33,210 nt of DNA, taken from contig CAYHRN010000002.1 in assembly GCA_964359155.1 (NCBI GenBank), positions 1 to 33,210 on the forward strand. Reading direction: 5' to 3'. The stretch is from an uncultured Gammaproteobacteria bacterium (lineage in GTDB: Bacteria; Patescibacteriota; Patescibacteriia; CAYHRN01). The notes under the pieces were generated by a model. The model searched no databases. It was given only the letters and a program-made list of their open reading frames with translations, and had not been told where the DNA came from. The translations under genes and the position numbers were made by a program. Positions 15,807-25,501 of this stretch are shown in pieces; the stretch's first letter is position 1; every line of letters begins with the position of its first letter.

Positions 15807-17777
15807 ATGAACATTAGCGAATTAGCACGTAGGTTACGCGTTTCACCCAAAGAGCTGCAGGTATTACTGCCCAAGCTTGGCTTTGATGTGGGTGCGCGGG
15901 CCATCAAGATTGAAGACCGTGCTGCCCAGCGCATTATTCGCGAATGGCCTGCGCGCGTACGCCAAATGAGCAAAGAAGCAGCTGCGGTGCAGAATGAAAA
16001 AGCAGCCGAAGAGGCTAAGCAAAATATTGAAGCGCAAAAAACCGTTACGCTGCCCGCACGTGTGAATGTGCGCAATTTGGCAGAATTATTAAAAATTTCA
16101 CTTCCTAAGCTCATGCAAGAGCTGATTAAAAACGGTATTCTCATGAACGTGAATGAGCCCATGGATTTTGACACCGCGGCATCGGTGGCCGATGATTTTG
16201 GTATTAAGGCCTTGCGGGAAGCAAAAGCGAGCGTTGCAGAAGAGATTGAAGCCAGTGCTGCCGTGCGTACGCCTGCCCCTTCCCTTGAAGGGCATACCCT
16301 TTCACCTCGAGCACCAGTGGTGGTAATTATGGGCCATGTCGACCATGGCAAAACCAAATTACTTGATGCCATTCGTACAACCAATGTGGCCCAAGGCGAG
16401 GCAGGCGGCATTACGCAACATATTGGCGCATACCAAGCCCATAAAAATGGGCGCCTGATCACCTTTTTAGATACGCCTGGGCATGAAGCGTTTGTGAGCA
16501 TGCGAAGCCGTGGGGCACGTGTAGCAGATGTGGCAGTGCTGGTGGTTGCAGCCGATGATGGCGTGCAGCCCCAAACGATTGAAGCGTTACGTATTATTCA
16601 GGCAGCCAAATTACCATTTGTCGTTGCCATGAATAAAATTGATAAACCTGATGCTGACCAAGAAAAAGTGAAACGCCAGCTTACTGAATTGCAAGTGGTG
16701 CCCGAGGAATGGGGTGGGAAAACTATTTGTATAGGGGTAAGTGCCAAAGCAGGTACTGGCATTGACGCCTTATTGGAAACGGTATTATTGGTGGCAGATT
16801 TAGAAAAAGAAAAACTCATGACAAGCTTCGAGCATCCTGCGCAAGGCACCGTGATTGAATCTCATCGCGACTCTGGCGAGGGCAATGTGGCAACGGTGCT
16901 TTTGCAGGTTGGTACCTTGCGGGTGAATGATTCTTTGGCCGTGGGTAATGTGTGGTATGGAAAAGTACGCGCGATGCGTGACTTTCAAGGAGTTTCCCTT
17001 CAAGAAGGGCTCCCCTCGCAGCCTGTAAAACTGTTGGGACTTCGTATGCTTCCTGAAATGGGTATGTACATGGAAGTAAAAGACGAACATACCTTAGTAC
17101 GTGAAAAACCAAAAGAACTACACCGTACCGTGATGACGAAACTGCAGGAAGAAAACAAAAAGCCTACACTATGCCTTATGGTGAAGGCTGATGTAGTGGG
17201 GTCTCTTGAGGCCATGGGCCATGAGCTTGAAAAATTGCGCCATGCAGAAGTTGATTACCATGTGGTGAGCCAAGCCTTTGGTGATATTCGCGAAAGCGAT
17301 ATTGCCAAAGCAAAGGCTGAAGGTGCGTATATTATTGGTTTTAATGTCACGTTGGGGCCCGATGCTGAAAAAGCACGTGTAGAAGCCGCCGTGGAGGTAT
17401 TTACCTCAAAAATTATTTATGAAGTGTATGACGCGGTGAAGGCCAAGTTGCAAGCATTACTCCCCCCTCGTACCAAAGAAGTGCCTATGGGACGCGGAAG
17501 TATTTTAAAAATATTTAAACAAGATGAAGGCAGCACCATTATTGGCGTTAAAGTTATTGAAGGCACGCTTGTGGCGCCGGCGAAATTCCGTGTATGGCGC
17601 AAGAAGGCCTCTGTGGCACGAGGTGAGTTAAAAGAATTACGCTTGGGCACACAATCAGCACAGAGCGCAGGCATGGGGCAAGAAATAGGCATGAAAGTAA
17701 AAGTGCCATCAAAGCTTACCGAAGGCGACATGCTTGAATTCTATCAAGAAGAAAAGGAAGCGCGTACCCTGGTATGA
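15807..17777 (+). CDS. infB: translation initiation factor IF-2
   Basis: GTPase motifs [25 protein letters not shown], plus an N-terminal IF2_N-like segment. Confidence 0.96.
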   Translation: MNISELARRLRVSPKELQVLLPKLGFDVGARAIKIEDRAAQRIIREWPARVRQMSKEAAAVQNEKAAEEAKQNIEAQKTVTLPARVNVRNLAELLKISLPKLMQELIKNGILMNVNEPMDFDTAASVADDFGIKALREAKASVAEEIEASAAVRTPAPSLEGHTLSPRAPVVVIMGHVDHGKTKLLDAIRTTNVAQGEAGGITQHIGAYQAHKNGRLITFLDTPGHEAFVSMRSRGARVADVAVLVVAADDGVQPQTIEALRIIQAAKLPFVVAMNKIDKPDADQEKVKRQLTELQVVPEEWGGKTICIGVSAKAGTGIDALLETVLLVADLEKEKLMTSFEHPAQGTVIESHRDSGEGNVATVLLQVGTLRVNDSLAVGNVWYGKVRAMRDFQGVSLQEGLPSQPVKLLGLRMLPEMGMYMEVKDEHTLVREKPKELHRTVMTKLQEENKKPTLCLMVKADVVGSLEAMGHELEKLRHAEVDYHVVSQAFGDIRESDIAKAKAEGAYIIGFNVTLGPDAEKARVEAAVEVFTSKIIYEVYDAVKAKLQALLPPRTKEVPMGRGSILKIFKQDEGSTIIGVKVIEGTLVAPAKFRVWRKKASVARGELKELRLGTQSAQSAGMGQEIGMKVKVPSKLTEGDMLEFYQEEKEARTLV

Positions 17778-18073
17778 GACCCGAACAAATTAATGAAACC
17801 ATACAACGCGCAGTGAATGAGATTTTTTTACGTGAGTTAGAGCATGATGAGGGCGTATTGGTTACGGTTACGCGTGCAGAGGTGAGTAAAGACCATGAGA
17901 CAGCACGGGTATTTGTCCAAGTATTTCCCGAAACTGCTGCCCCGCGCGTCGTGCAACAACTAAGAGGTAAAAGGCATTTCTTTAGTGTCCTCTTGCGCGA
18001 CCATGTACGTGGAGGAACCATGCCCGAACTGGTATTTGTACGTGAAACGCCAGAACTCGCCCCATCCTTATAA
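17774..18073 (+). CDS. rbfA: ribosome-binding factor A
   Basis: 99 aa following infB with 4-nt overlap. ..VTVTRAEVSKDHETARVFV.. is typical of RbfA. Confidence 0.9.
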   Translation: MRPEQINETIQRAVNEIFLRELEHDEGVLVTVTRAEVSKDHETARVFVQVFPETAAPRVVQQLRGKRHFFSVLLRDHVRGGTMPELVFVRETPELAPSL

Positions 18074-18078
18074 ATACT

Positions 18079-18738
18079 ATGGAACCACATGCTTCGCATC
18101 GTGCACGACAAGTACCCTCCCCTACCTCGCTGATGTTGTTTGTGCTGGGCGTGGCGGCAGCAACCCTTGTATTAAGCTTGGTGCAGACACCATATTATCG
18201 CTCTCGCGTACGCATTCTTCTGGTGCAACAGTATGGTGCAGGCATGGACCCGTATAATATTTCCAAAGCCACAGAGTACTACACCAATTTACTTGCCGAG
18301 GTAGTAGGGTCACGTACATTTTTTAATGAGGTCATGAGCGCAGACCCACGCATACAACAAAATTTTTTCCCTACCAGTCCAGAAAAACGCGAACGATTAT
18401 GGCATAAACTGGTAGGGGCACAACCCGTGGGTGATACGGGGATTTTAACTATTACGGTGTATCACCCTTCGCGCCTTCAAGCAGAAAGTTTAGCAAGCGC
18501 TATTGCAGAAGTGTTTGCAAGCAAAGGGGCGCTTTTCCATGGCGTGGGCGACCGTATTACAATTCGTACGATTGACGACCCAGTAACTTCGGAAAAGCCG
18601 GTGAGTCCTATTCTGTGGCTGAATGTATTAATTGCTTTTATTGTGGCAAGTGGTGCGGCCGTGGTATTTCGTATGCATACACTTGCCAAGCGTCATGAAC
18701 GAGGTAAGGTGAATGAGGAAGAATATTTTCTAAGATAG
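18079..18738 (+). CDS. Wzz/chain-length-determinant-like membrane protein (TM helices at both ends)
   Basis: N- and C-terminal hydrophobic helices. ..YRSRVRILLVQ..NISKATEYYTNLLAEVVGSRTF.. resembles the Wzz N-terminal domain. Tentative. Confidence 0.5.
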   Translation: MEPHASHRARQVPSPTSLMLFVLGVAAATLVLSLVQTPYYRSRVRILLVQQYGAGMDPYNISKATEYYTNLLAEVVGSRTFFNEVMSADPRIQQNFFPTSPEKRERLWHKLVGAQPVGDTGILTITVYHPSRLQAESLASAIAEVFASKGALFHGVGDRITIRTIDDPVTSEKPVSPILWLNVLIAFIVASGAAVVFRMHTLAKRHERGKVNEEEYFLR

Positions 18739-18743
18739 ACCCT

Positions 18744-19469
18744 ATGTCTGGTCATTCTAAGTGGGCAACTACCAAACGCGCTAAAGCAGTTACCGATGCC
18801 AAACGCGGTGCTATATTTACCAAACTTTCCAATGCTATTTCTATTGCCGTGCGGCAAAAGGGGGCAGACCCTGAAGCGAATTTTAATTTACGGTTACTCA
18901 TGGACAAGGCTAAGGCAGCCAATATGCCTAAAGAAGTTGTGGAGCGCGCCATACAGCGGGCGCAGGGCGTGGGCGCTGAGGCAGCTGAGGAAGCATTATA
19001 TGAAGGGTTTGGACCTTGTGGAGTGGCAGTGCTGGTAGAGGCAGTCACGAATAATCGCAATCGCACTACAGGAGAATTGCGCCACCTTTTCTCTGAACAT
19101 GGTGGCTCATTAGGAGCGGCAGGCTCCACTGCTTGGATGTTCGATCACAAGGGAGTACTCCAAATAGCTCATGGCAAATGGCCGATAGTAAATCGTGAAG
19201 AGTTTGAACTCAAGGTCATTGATGCGGGGGCTGAGGATATTACCGAGGAGCCGGATGGCGGCCTTACTGTGGTGACAAGCCCTGACAAGCTTCAGGTGGT
19301 AAAAGCTAGCGTAGAAGCTCAAGGAGTAACGCCCGACACTATGGGGTTAGGATGGTTTGCCAAAAATCCTGTAGCTATTTCCGCAGAAGTTCAGGGCAAG
19401 CTCGATGTCTTCACCTCTGCACTTGATGAACAAAGTGATGTGACCGAGTACTACACGAATGCGGTATGA
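18744..19469 (+). CDS. yebC: YebC/PmpR-family DNA-binding transcriptional regulator
   Basis: MSGHSKWATTKRAKAVTDAKRGAIFTKL.. canonical N-terminus. Confidence 0.93.
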   Translation: MSGHSKWATTKRAKAVTDAKRGAIFTKLSNAISIAVRQKGADPEANFNLRLLMDKAKAANMPKEVVERAIQRAQGVGAEAAEEALYEGFGPCGVAVLVEAVTNNRNRTTGELRHLFSEHGGSLGAAGSTAWMFDHKGVLQIAHGKWPIVNREEFELKVIDAGAEDITEEPDGGLTVVTSPDKLQVVKASVEAQGVTPDTMGLGWFAKNPVAISAEVQGKLDVFTSALDEQSDVTEYYTNAV

Positions 19470-19954
19470 TTATTTTGGCTATTGACCCGGGCATTGCTTC
19501 CATGGGGTATGCAGTAGTACGAAAAACACAAGAGAGTGAGCCCTGTATACTTACTTACGGTTGTTTGCATACCAGTGCCCGTGCCGTGCGGCATCAGCGC
19601 TTTGCAAGTCTTTTTACTTCGCTTCAAGACCTTGCGCGCACCTATGCGCCCACGGTAGTGGTGATTGAAAAATTATTTTTTGCCAAAAACATTAAAACGG
19701 CATTGGTGGTGGGTGAAAGCCGTGGCGTGGTATTGCTGCTCGCAGGGCAGTTGAATGTAGAGGTTCACGAGTTTACGCCGCTTCAAGTGAAGCAGGCAAT
19801 AAGTGGCTTTGGCCGCGCGCCTAAAGGCCAAGTGCAACGCATGGTGCAATATATTTTTAAAATGAAAGAACTCCCCTCGCCTGATGATGCGGCTGACGCC
19901 CTTGCACTCGCCTTTACCTATATGCAACACGCACGATTTAATTCGACATTATAA
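19466..19954 (+). CDS. ruvC: crossover junction endodeoxyribonuclease RuvC
   Basis: ..IILAIDPGIASMGYAVV.. and ..PDDAADALALAF.. catalytic acidic motifs. Confidence 0.92.
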   Translation: MIILAIDPGIASMGYAVVRKTQESEPCILTYGCLHTSARAVRHQRFASLFTSLQDLARTYAPTVVVIEKLFFAKNIKTALVVGESRGVVLLLAGQLNVEVHEFTPLQVKQAISGFGRAPKGQVQRMVQYIFKMKELPSPDDAADALALAFTYMQHARFNSTL

Positions 19955-19956
19955 TT

Positions 19957-21315
19957 ATGGCGTGGGCACCATGTTTTTATCTTGGTCAATACCCCTCTAG
20001 TCCTGCATGGTGGTGGGAGCACATTGTAGAAAACGCACTTCGCCCGTTTTTGCATGCACTCCGTACCCATCCCCATTCTCGCAGCACCATGGCACTTCAT
20101 GCCTCTTCTACCGAGCAATTGTATATTCATGGCTATCAAGCAGTTCTTGAAGAGCTTGTGGATGCGCATATGCGAGGGCAACTTGAATTCGCCGAGACTA
20201 CCTATATCCCTCTCGTATTGCCTTTAGCGCCATGGGATGAAGCTGCGCGGCAACTTAAAAAAAATCACAAGGTGAATGCCCACTACCTTGGGGCAAGCTA
20301 TGCGCCTACAGGATTCTTCTTGCCCTATGGCGCATACTCTCGAACCACTGCCGAATTTATTGCCTCATTAGGGTATCGCTGGATCCTACAGGACAGTGCT
20401 TCCCTTCCACCCATGCTTCAAGGAAAGAGCATCTTGCTTAAAGGAATTCCTCATCTGCGCGTGCTTTCGCGTGATCGTGCCGCAAGTTTTGCTGTATTTG
20501 AATATGGTGCCGCCTCGCGGCCAGGCGCAGACCTGAAAGAGCTTTTAGGGCGTAGCCCCTGGTGCATTACGAGCCTTGATCTGGCATTATTGGGGTGCTA
20601 TAGCCCGAGACATGCCTCCACACTTGCATCATTGTTTGCTATTCGTTCATTAGCCATAAGTACTATTTCCAATCTTCCTGTGCAAGATGCTCTTCAGGAA
20701 GAGCCGCTGCCCTCTTGTGCGCTTTCTCGAGAAGCCGACCTGAAGGCACATATCCCCTTTCGCGTATTTAACGATCCCGAGAACCATATGCATGCACTGG
20801 TAGGTATGTTTGTAAGTCGTGTACAAGAAGTATGGAATAGGGCAAGTCGCGAGGCACAGGTAAGTGCTGATATACGTGAAAAATATGAACGCGTGATGCT
20901 GCACGACAGTGCCGTATGGGCATCACACCACCCTTGGTGGTCCCTTACTATGGTGAATAAATGCCTCCAGCCCTTGCTTGAAATGATGCGTGCTCTGCCA
21001 GGGGTAAGTGAAACATTGCGCAATGAGTTGCAAGCATTGTATGAGCGTATTCTTGTGGCTGCACAAGGAGTTTCTATGACAAAGCTTCCTGTGCATGCGC
21101 CAGCACGAGCGTCCAAGAGTGAGGCTTCCTGGGAGCATCTTATGCAAGGCGCAGCAGAGGCATGGAGCTCACAGGAGAGGTATAGTGCTGCGCAATTATG
21201 GTGCATTGCCCGTGAGTATATGGGTGCATGCACCAGTGAGAGCGATCGTATGGCAGTGCTGGACGAATTATGTGTAGCATTTCGTGCTTTACCTCACCTT
21301 CCTTTATGCGGTTAA
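19957..21315 (+). CDS. hypothetical protein, glycoside hydrolase family 57-like N-terminal fold with unrecognisable catalytic motifs
   Basis: The ORF is solid (452 aa, tightly packed in an operon). ..LEFAETTYIPLVLPL.. and ..PTGFFLPYGAYS.. align loosely with GH57 blocks, but the expected His and Glu residues are absent. Confidence 0.45.
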   Translation: MAWAPCFYLGQYPSSPAWWWEHIVENALRPFLHALRTHPHSRSTMALHASSTEQLYIHGYQAVLEELVDAHMRGQLEFAETTYIPLVLPLAPWDEAARQLKKNHKVNAHYLGASYAPTGFFLPYGAYSRTTAEFIASLGYRWILQDSASLPPMLQGKSILLKGIPHLRVLSRDRAASFAVFEYGAASRPGADLKELLGRSPWCITSLDLALLGCYSPRHASTLASLFAIRSLAISTISNLPVQDALQEEPLPSCALSREADLKAHIPFRVFNDPENHMHALVGMFVSRVQEVWNRASREAQVSADIREKYERVMLHDSAVWASHHPWWSLTMVNKCLQPLLEMMRALPGVSETLRNELQALYERILVAAQGVSMTKLPVHAPARASKSEASWEHLMQGAAEAWSSQERYSAAQLWCIAREYMGACTSESDRMAVLDELCVAFRALPHLPLCG

Positions 21316-21740
21316 CAGCAACTTTGTGGCATGATATGCTGGGTATAGCAATGCTGCTTATACTTGATCAGGTGAGTAAATATATTGTGCCGCAATGGCA
21401 GATGACGTATACCTTGAATCAAGGGAGTGTTGCCGGATTAGGCAGAGAATTAAGCATACCGTGGTGGTGGTGGGCAATCCCGTCACTTATGGTGCTTACC
21501 TTATTGTGGCGCCCAGGGAAGTTTTTTATTCCCACCAAGAGTTTTTATAGTGCGCGCATACTGATCTCCTCCGGCATTGTGGGCAATCTTATTGACCGTT
21601 TCTCCTATGGTGCTGTGCTCGATTTTATTGATATCAGTATAGCGGGTTTTCATTGGCCCGCATTTAACTTTGCTGATATATATTTGGTAATGGGCGTCTT
21701 GTTGGTTCTTGTAACTTTGGTGTCCAGGAAGCATGTATAA
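21306..21740 (+). CDS. lspA: lipoprotein signal peptidase (signal peptidase II)
   Basis: ..GNLIDRFSYGAVLDFID..FNFADIYL.. motifs. ATG 21306 is preferred over track start 21270. Confidence 0.88.
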   Translation: MRLTATLWHDMLGIAMLLILDQVSKYIVPQWQMTYTLNQGSVAGLGRELSIPWWWWAIPSLMVLTLLWRPGKFFIPTKSFYSARILISSGIVGNLIDRFSYGAVLDFIDISIAGFHWPAFNFADIYLVMGVLLVLVTLVSRKHV

Positions 21741-22905
21741 ACGTATGTTTTCTTCTCGAAGGTCAAATGCTCATCGCGTTATTCGTTTTTCTGCACGGAG
21801 CTCGCCAAGGACGCACCGTTCACGGCGGCGTTCTTGGCTTCTGCCGCTGGTGCTTTCGTTGCTCATACTTGTTTCCACCCTCGGCATTGCAGGGCTTGCC
21901 CTTATTGTATGGATTTCGCATGATTTACCCGACCCCAATACTGCCCTTGCTGCCAAGGATTTTGCACAAAGTACGAAAATTTTTGATCGCACCGGTACGG
22001 TTAAATTATATGAACTGTATCAAGAGGAAAAACGCACCATACTCCCCTTTGAGGCAATGCCGTTAGTTGCGCGTCAAGCAACGTTAGCCGCCGAAGATAA
22101 AGATTTTTATTCTCATCGCGGGTTTGACCTTCGGGGTATTGCGCGTGCCTTGTATACCGATATTACGAAGGGCACCCTTGCACAAGGGGGCTCCACGATT
22201 ACCCAGCAGCTTATTAAAAATACTTTGCTCACGCGCGAAAAATCATTCACCCGTAAATTAAAAGAGTTGATTTTGGCGTATCGTATTGAGCAAAAATTTA
22301 CCAAAGATCAAATTTTAAAGCTGTACCTTAACGAAATTCCCTATGGAGCAAATGCCTATGGCATTCAGGCTGCTGCTGAAATTTATTTTGGCATTCCTGC
22401 ACTACAATTGAGCTTGGCCCAAGCAGCACTTTTGGCTAGTTTACCTAAAGCCCCCTCTCGCCTTTCACCCTATGGGGGCAATCTTGAAGAGCTCACCGCA
22501 CGGCAACACTATATACTCGATGTGATGGCGCGGCAGGGGTATATCAATCAAGACAGCGCCGCAAGCGCCAAGGCAGAGAAATTGGTATTTCGTACGCGAC
22601 GCGATGAAGTACAAGCACCCCATTTTGTGGCGTATATAAGGCAACTTCTTTCCCAAACGTATACCGAACAAGAATTACAACAAGGAGGATTTAAGATTAC
22701 TACCACCCTTGATCTCTCGCTGCAAAAATATGCCGAAGAGGCCATTGCTGAATGGGGGCCACGTAATGAAAAAGACTACAAGGCAAGCAATGCCGGGCTT
22801 ATCGCGCTGCATGGTACTACGGGTGAAATTGTAGCTATGGTAGGTTCACGAGATTTTTTTAATGAGAAAAATATATTTTCAATTATAAATTTGATTGGCA
22901 AGTAA
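21733..22905 (+). CDS. class A PBP, N-terminal fragment (TM anchor, GT51 domain, start of transpeptidase domain)
   Basis: GT51 motifs EDKDFYSHRGFD, GGSTITQQLIKN, RKLKELILA. Ends ..FFNEKNIFSIINLIGK* after the frame break. Confidence 0.85.
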   Translation: MYKRMFSSRRSNAHRVIRFSARSSPRTHRSRRRSWLLPLVLSLLILVSTLGIAGLALIVWISHDLPDPNTALAAKDFAQSTKIFDRTGTVKLYELYQEEKRTILPFEAMPLVARQATLAAEDKDFYSHRGFDLRGIARALYTDITKGTLAQGGSTITQQLIKNTLLTREKSFTRKLKELILAYRIEQKFTKDQILKLYLNEIPYGANAYGIQAAAEIYFGIPALQLSLAQAALLASLPKAPSRLSPYGGNLEELTARQHYILDVMARQGYINQDSAASAKAEKLVFRTRRDEVQAPHFVAYIRQLLSQTYTEQELQQGGFKITTTLDLSLQKYAEEAIAEWGPRNEKDYKASNAGLIALHGTTGEIVAMVGSRDFFNEKNIFSIINLIGK

Positions 22906-22949
22906 ATATTACGCTACGGCCACGCCAGCCAGGGTCTTCGTTTAAACCC

Positions 22950-24287
22950 TTGGTATATGCGGCTGCATTTATGAAGGGGTATACGCCCAATACCTTGGTC
23001 TTTGATACTAAAACTATTTTTAAGGCATACCCTGAAGACTATGCGCCCGAAAACTATGATGGTAAAGAGCATGGGCCCCTTCAGCTCAAGAGTGCGCTCG
23101 CAGGATCGCTGAATATTCCTGCCGTGAAACTCCTGTACATTACTGGGGTTGATCGTGTGCTCGACCTTGCCGAAGCGCTCGGCTACACCACCCTGAAAGA
23201 TCGTTCACGATTTGGGTTAAGCTTGGTATTAGGAGGCGCCGAGGTAAAGCTGCTGGAACATGCAGCAGCCTTTCGTTCATTTGCCGAGCATGGTATGTAT
23301 CGTGCGCCCAGTGCTATTGTGCAAATTCAAGATGCAGAAGGTAGTGTGGTGTATGAGCGCCGCAATAATCAGGCGCGTAGTGTGGTTGTCCCCGAGGTAG
23401 CACATACGATCACCAGTATTCTTTCCAATAATGCCCTGCGTACCTTTATTTTTGGCAGTAATAGTTTTCTCCAACTGCCCGATCGCCCTGCGGCCGTGAA
23501 AACCGGTACCACCAATGATTTTCATGATGCCTGGGCTTTGGGTGCAGTGCCCAGCCTCACTGCCGGGGTATGGGTGGGGAACAATGATAATAGCCCTATG
23601 AAAAAAGGGGCGGATGGCAGTAAACTTGCGGCACCTATTTGGCAAAGTTTTATGAAAAAGGCTTTGGCAGGTACACCGGTTCAGGAATTTGTGCCCCCCA
23701 AACCAAGCAGTGCGAATAAACCTATTTTAAAAGGTGAAGGCTTGGGTGAAGTGACGGTAATTCTCGATAAGGCATCGGGTAAACGTGCGACCAGCCTTAC
23801 GCCAGATTCGTTTAAAATAGAAAAGAAATTCAGAGTGCTGCACGATATTTTGTATTTTGTAAACAAAGACGACCCCACGGGCCCTGCACCTTTGCACCCC
23901 GAAACTGATCCGCAATACGCAGGGTTTGAGGCGGGTGTTGCCGCATGGGCACAGAAGCAAGGCTTACAAAATGAAGAGCCCCCCATAGGTGAAGATGATG
24001 TGCATGTACTAGACAATATTCCTCGCGTAACTATCGTAGCTCCTGTTACGGGGAGTCGCATTACAACATCTACTCCTTTGCAGACACAGGCAAGTGCCCC
24101 CCGGGGTGTTGCGCGCATGGAAGTGGCATTGAACGATATCGTTGTTGCACGCACACAAGGCTCTTCGCTTATTGCAACTCTTGATGTAAGCTCAGTCCCT
24201 CCTGGGTTTCACACCCTTACTGCCTATGCGTATGATGATATTGACAATAAAGGCACTGCGTCGGTGACCATCAATGTGACGCGATGA
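22950..24287 (+). CDS. class A PBP, C-terminal fragment (transpeptidase SxN and KTGT motifs plus Ig-like C-terminal domain)
   Basis: ..GSLNIPAV.. and ..VKTGTTND.. motifs. The frame stays open upstream to 22866 and there encodes RQPGSSFKP. Confidence 0.85.
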   Translation: MVYAAAFMKGYTPNTLVFDTKTIFKAYPEDYAPENYDGKEHGPLQLKSALAGSLNIPAVKLLYITGVDRVLDLAEALGYTTLKDRSRFGLSLVLGGAEVKLLEHAAAFRSFAEHGMYRAPSAIVQIQDAEGSVVYERRNNQARSVVVPEVAHTITSILSNNALRTFIFGSNSFLQLPDRPAAVKTGTTNDFHDAWALGAVPSLTAGVWVGNNDNSPMKKGADGSKLAAPIWQSFMKKALAGTPVQEFVPPKPSSANKPILKGEGLGEVTVILDKASGKRATSLTPDSFKIEKKFRVLHDILYFVNKDDPTGPAPLHPETDPQYAGFEAGVAAWAQKQGLQNEEPPIGEDDVHVLDNIPRVTIVAPVTGSRITTSTPLQTQASAPRGVARMEVALNDIVVARTQGSSLIATLDVSSVPPGFHTLTAYAYDDIDNKGTASVTINVTR

Positions 24288-24290
24288 GTG

Positions 24291-25463
24291 CTATTTGGTG
24301 TCCTTTAGTGTGAGCGACGCGGTAAGGCCAGTCAGCATTATGATTCCCAGTACAATAAAGAGTGTGGGAATCGTAGTAAATTGTAAAAGGAGGGTAGCCA
24401 AGAGCGGCGCGACTACATAGGCTAAAGGCCCAGTATCGCGAAAAAAACTGGTCAGGTGTACATCGCGGAAATCAATTTGTTTAAAAAAGTACGTATCGCG
24501 CATAATTTCTATTAATGCTGCGCCTACCCGGGTCATAAATAAGGCCAGCATCCAATGCCACATTACGGGTTGCACGAGAAATGCCATACTTATGGATGCG
24601 CCTGCGATTACCACAATTCCTACGGTTAGGAGTTCTTTTTCGCCAAGCCACTTATCAGCAATGCGGCCGGCTGGGTATTGGATAAGCACAAAGGGTAAGA
24701 GCATGACCGAGAGAATATTGCCAATTTCATAGCTTTGAAACCCCAGATTATGTAAATGTAAGGTGGCATAAATAATCATCCACGCATAAAAAAAGTTAAG
24801 CAAAAATGAAATAAAAAAAATACGCGAAAGTGCGGCAGAGCGAAAAATAGTTTTCAGTATCGTGCGTAATGGGGGTTGATGATTCGTAGGAAGATGACGG
24901 AATTTAAATCTAAATGCGCAGAGGCATAATAAAGGGAGTAGCACCAAGGCTGCGCTTGCAAACAGGGCTCTAAATCCCCAGCTTGTAACCAAGATACCGG
25001 CAACTGAAGGTGCTACCACAAAGGCAATATTAATCATGGTATAGGCTTTGCCCCTAATGCTGCCGGTGAGCGCATCTTTAGAAAAACTTTCCAACATTAC
25101 GTCCAGCGTTACCCCAATTAAGGTAAGGCATACTTCATAAAGCGCAAGGGCAATAAGTTGGGCATAGGGTGTGCCAAAGGCAAGCACTCCTAGTACCACC
25201 AAGGTGGTGCTTAAGAGTGCAAGAAGATTATTACGTACGCCATAGCGTTTTAAAAAGCGTGGGAATATAAATACTGATACCATGGCTACCGCATAGGTAA
25301 TGGCAAAGAAGATGCCTACATTGGCCTCGCCAATAATTTCTTGCAGCAAGGTTGACTGGAAATATAAGGTAAGGGCCGTGGCTACTGCCACGGCGGTAAG
25401 TGCCTTGTAGGTAATACTTAAATGTTTGGTATCAAGATGTTCAAGGTGATGGGAAAGAGCCAT
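24291..25463 (-). CDS. MFS transporter
   Basis: 390 aa with about 12 hydrophobic helices and an MFS-like loop ..RFLKRYGVRN.. Confidence 0.85.
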   Translation of the reverse strand: MALSHHLEHLDTKHLSITYKALTAVAVATALTLYFQSTLLQEIIGEANVGIFFAITYAVAMVSVFIFPRFLKRYGVRNNLLALLSTTLVVLGVLAFGTPYAQLIALALYEVCLTLIGVTLDVMLESFSKDALTGSIRGKAYTMINIAFVVAPSVAGILVTSWGFRALFASAALVLLPLLCLCAFRFKFRHLPTNHQPPLRTILKTIFRSAALSRIFFISFLLNFFYAWMIIYATLHLHNLGFQSYEIGNILSVMLLPFVLIQYPAGRIADKWLGEKELLTVGIVVIAGASISMAFLVQPVMWHWMLALFMTRVGAALIEIMRDTYFFKQIDFRDVHLTSFFRDTGPLAYVVAPLLATLLLQFTTIPTLFIVLGIIMLTGLTASLTLKDTK

Positions 25464-25472
25464 ACGAAATAG

Positions 25473-25493
25473 CCACTAGCGACTAGCCACTAG
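25473..25493. repeat. three tandem heptamers CCACTAG-CGACTAG-CCACTAG between the thrS stop and the MFS start
   Basis: Read directly. On the coding (minus) strand it is CTAGTGG-CTAGTCG-CTAGTGG, ending 9 nt before the MFS ATG. Confidence 0.6.
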
Positions 25494-25501
25494 TTGTTAG
25501 A

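Larger units (their letters stand above)
21733..24287 (+). pseudogene. class A penicillin-binding protein (GT51 glycosyltransferase plus transpeptidase), reading frame broken at A5 run 22867-22871
   Basis: The two ORFs below join into one protein of about 850 aa if one A is added or a -1 shift occurs at GAG AAA AAT. The SxxK box is encoded at 22935-22946, between the called ORFs. Confidence 0.75.

Noticed and set aside
16277-16292. Short hairpin CCCTTC-cctt-GAAGGG inside infB, encoding ..SLEG.. like the element in the anchored-protein gene.
   Set aside because: It is only a 6-bp stem in the variable N-terminal region of IF-2. Similarity to the 29256-29278 element is limited to a few bases and is probably coincidental.
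15794-16501. 235-aa minus-strand ORF antisense to infB.
   Set aside because: It lies entirely within the well-supported IF-2 gene. Its product is low-complexity (Ala/Ser/Arg-rich), typical of the mirror frame of a real gene, and it has no start context.
22864-22872. Programmed -1 ribosomal frameshift as the primary explanation for the split PBP.
   Set aside because: G-AAA-AAT does not fit the X-XXY-YYZ slippery heptamer, and I see no obvious downstream stimulatory structure. It remains a minor alternative within the finding.
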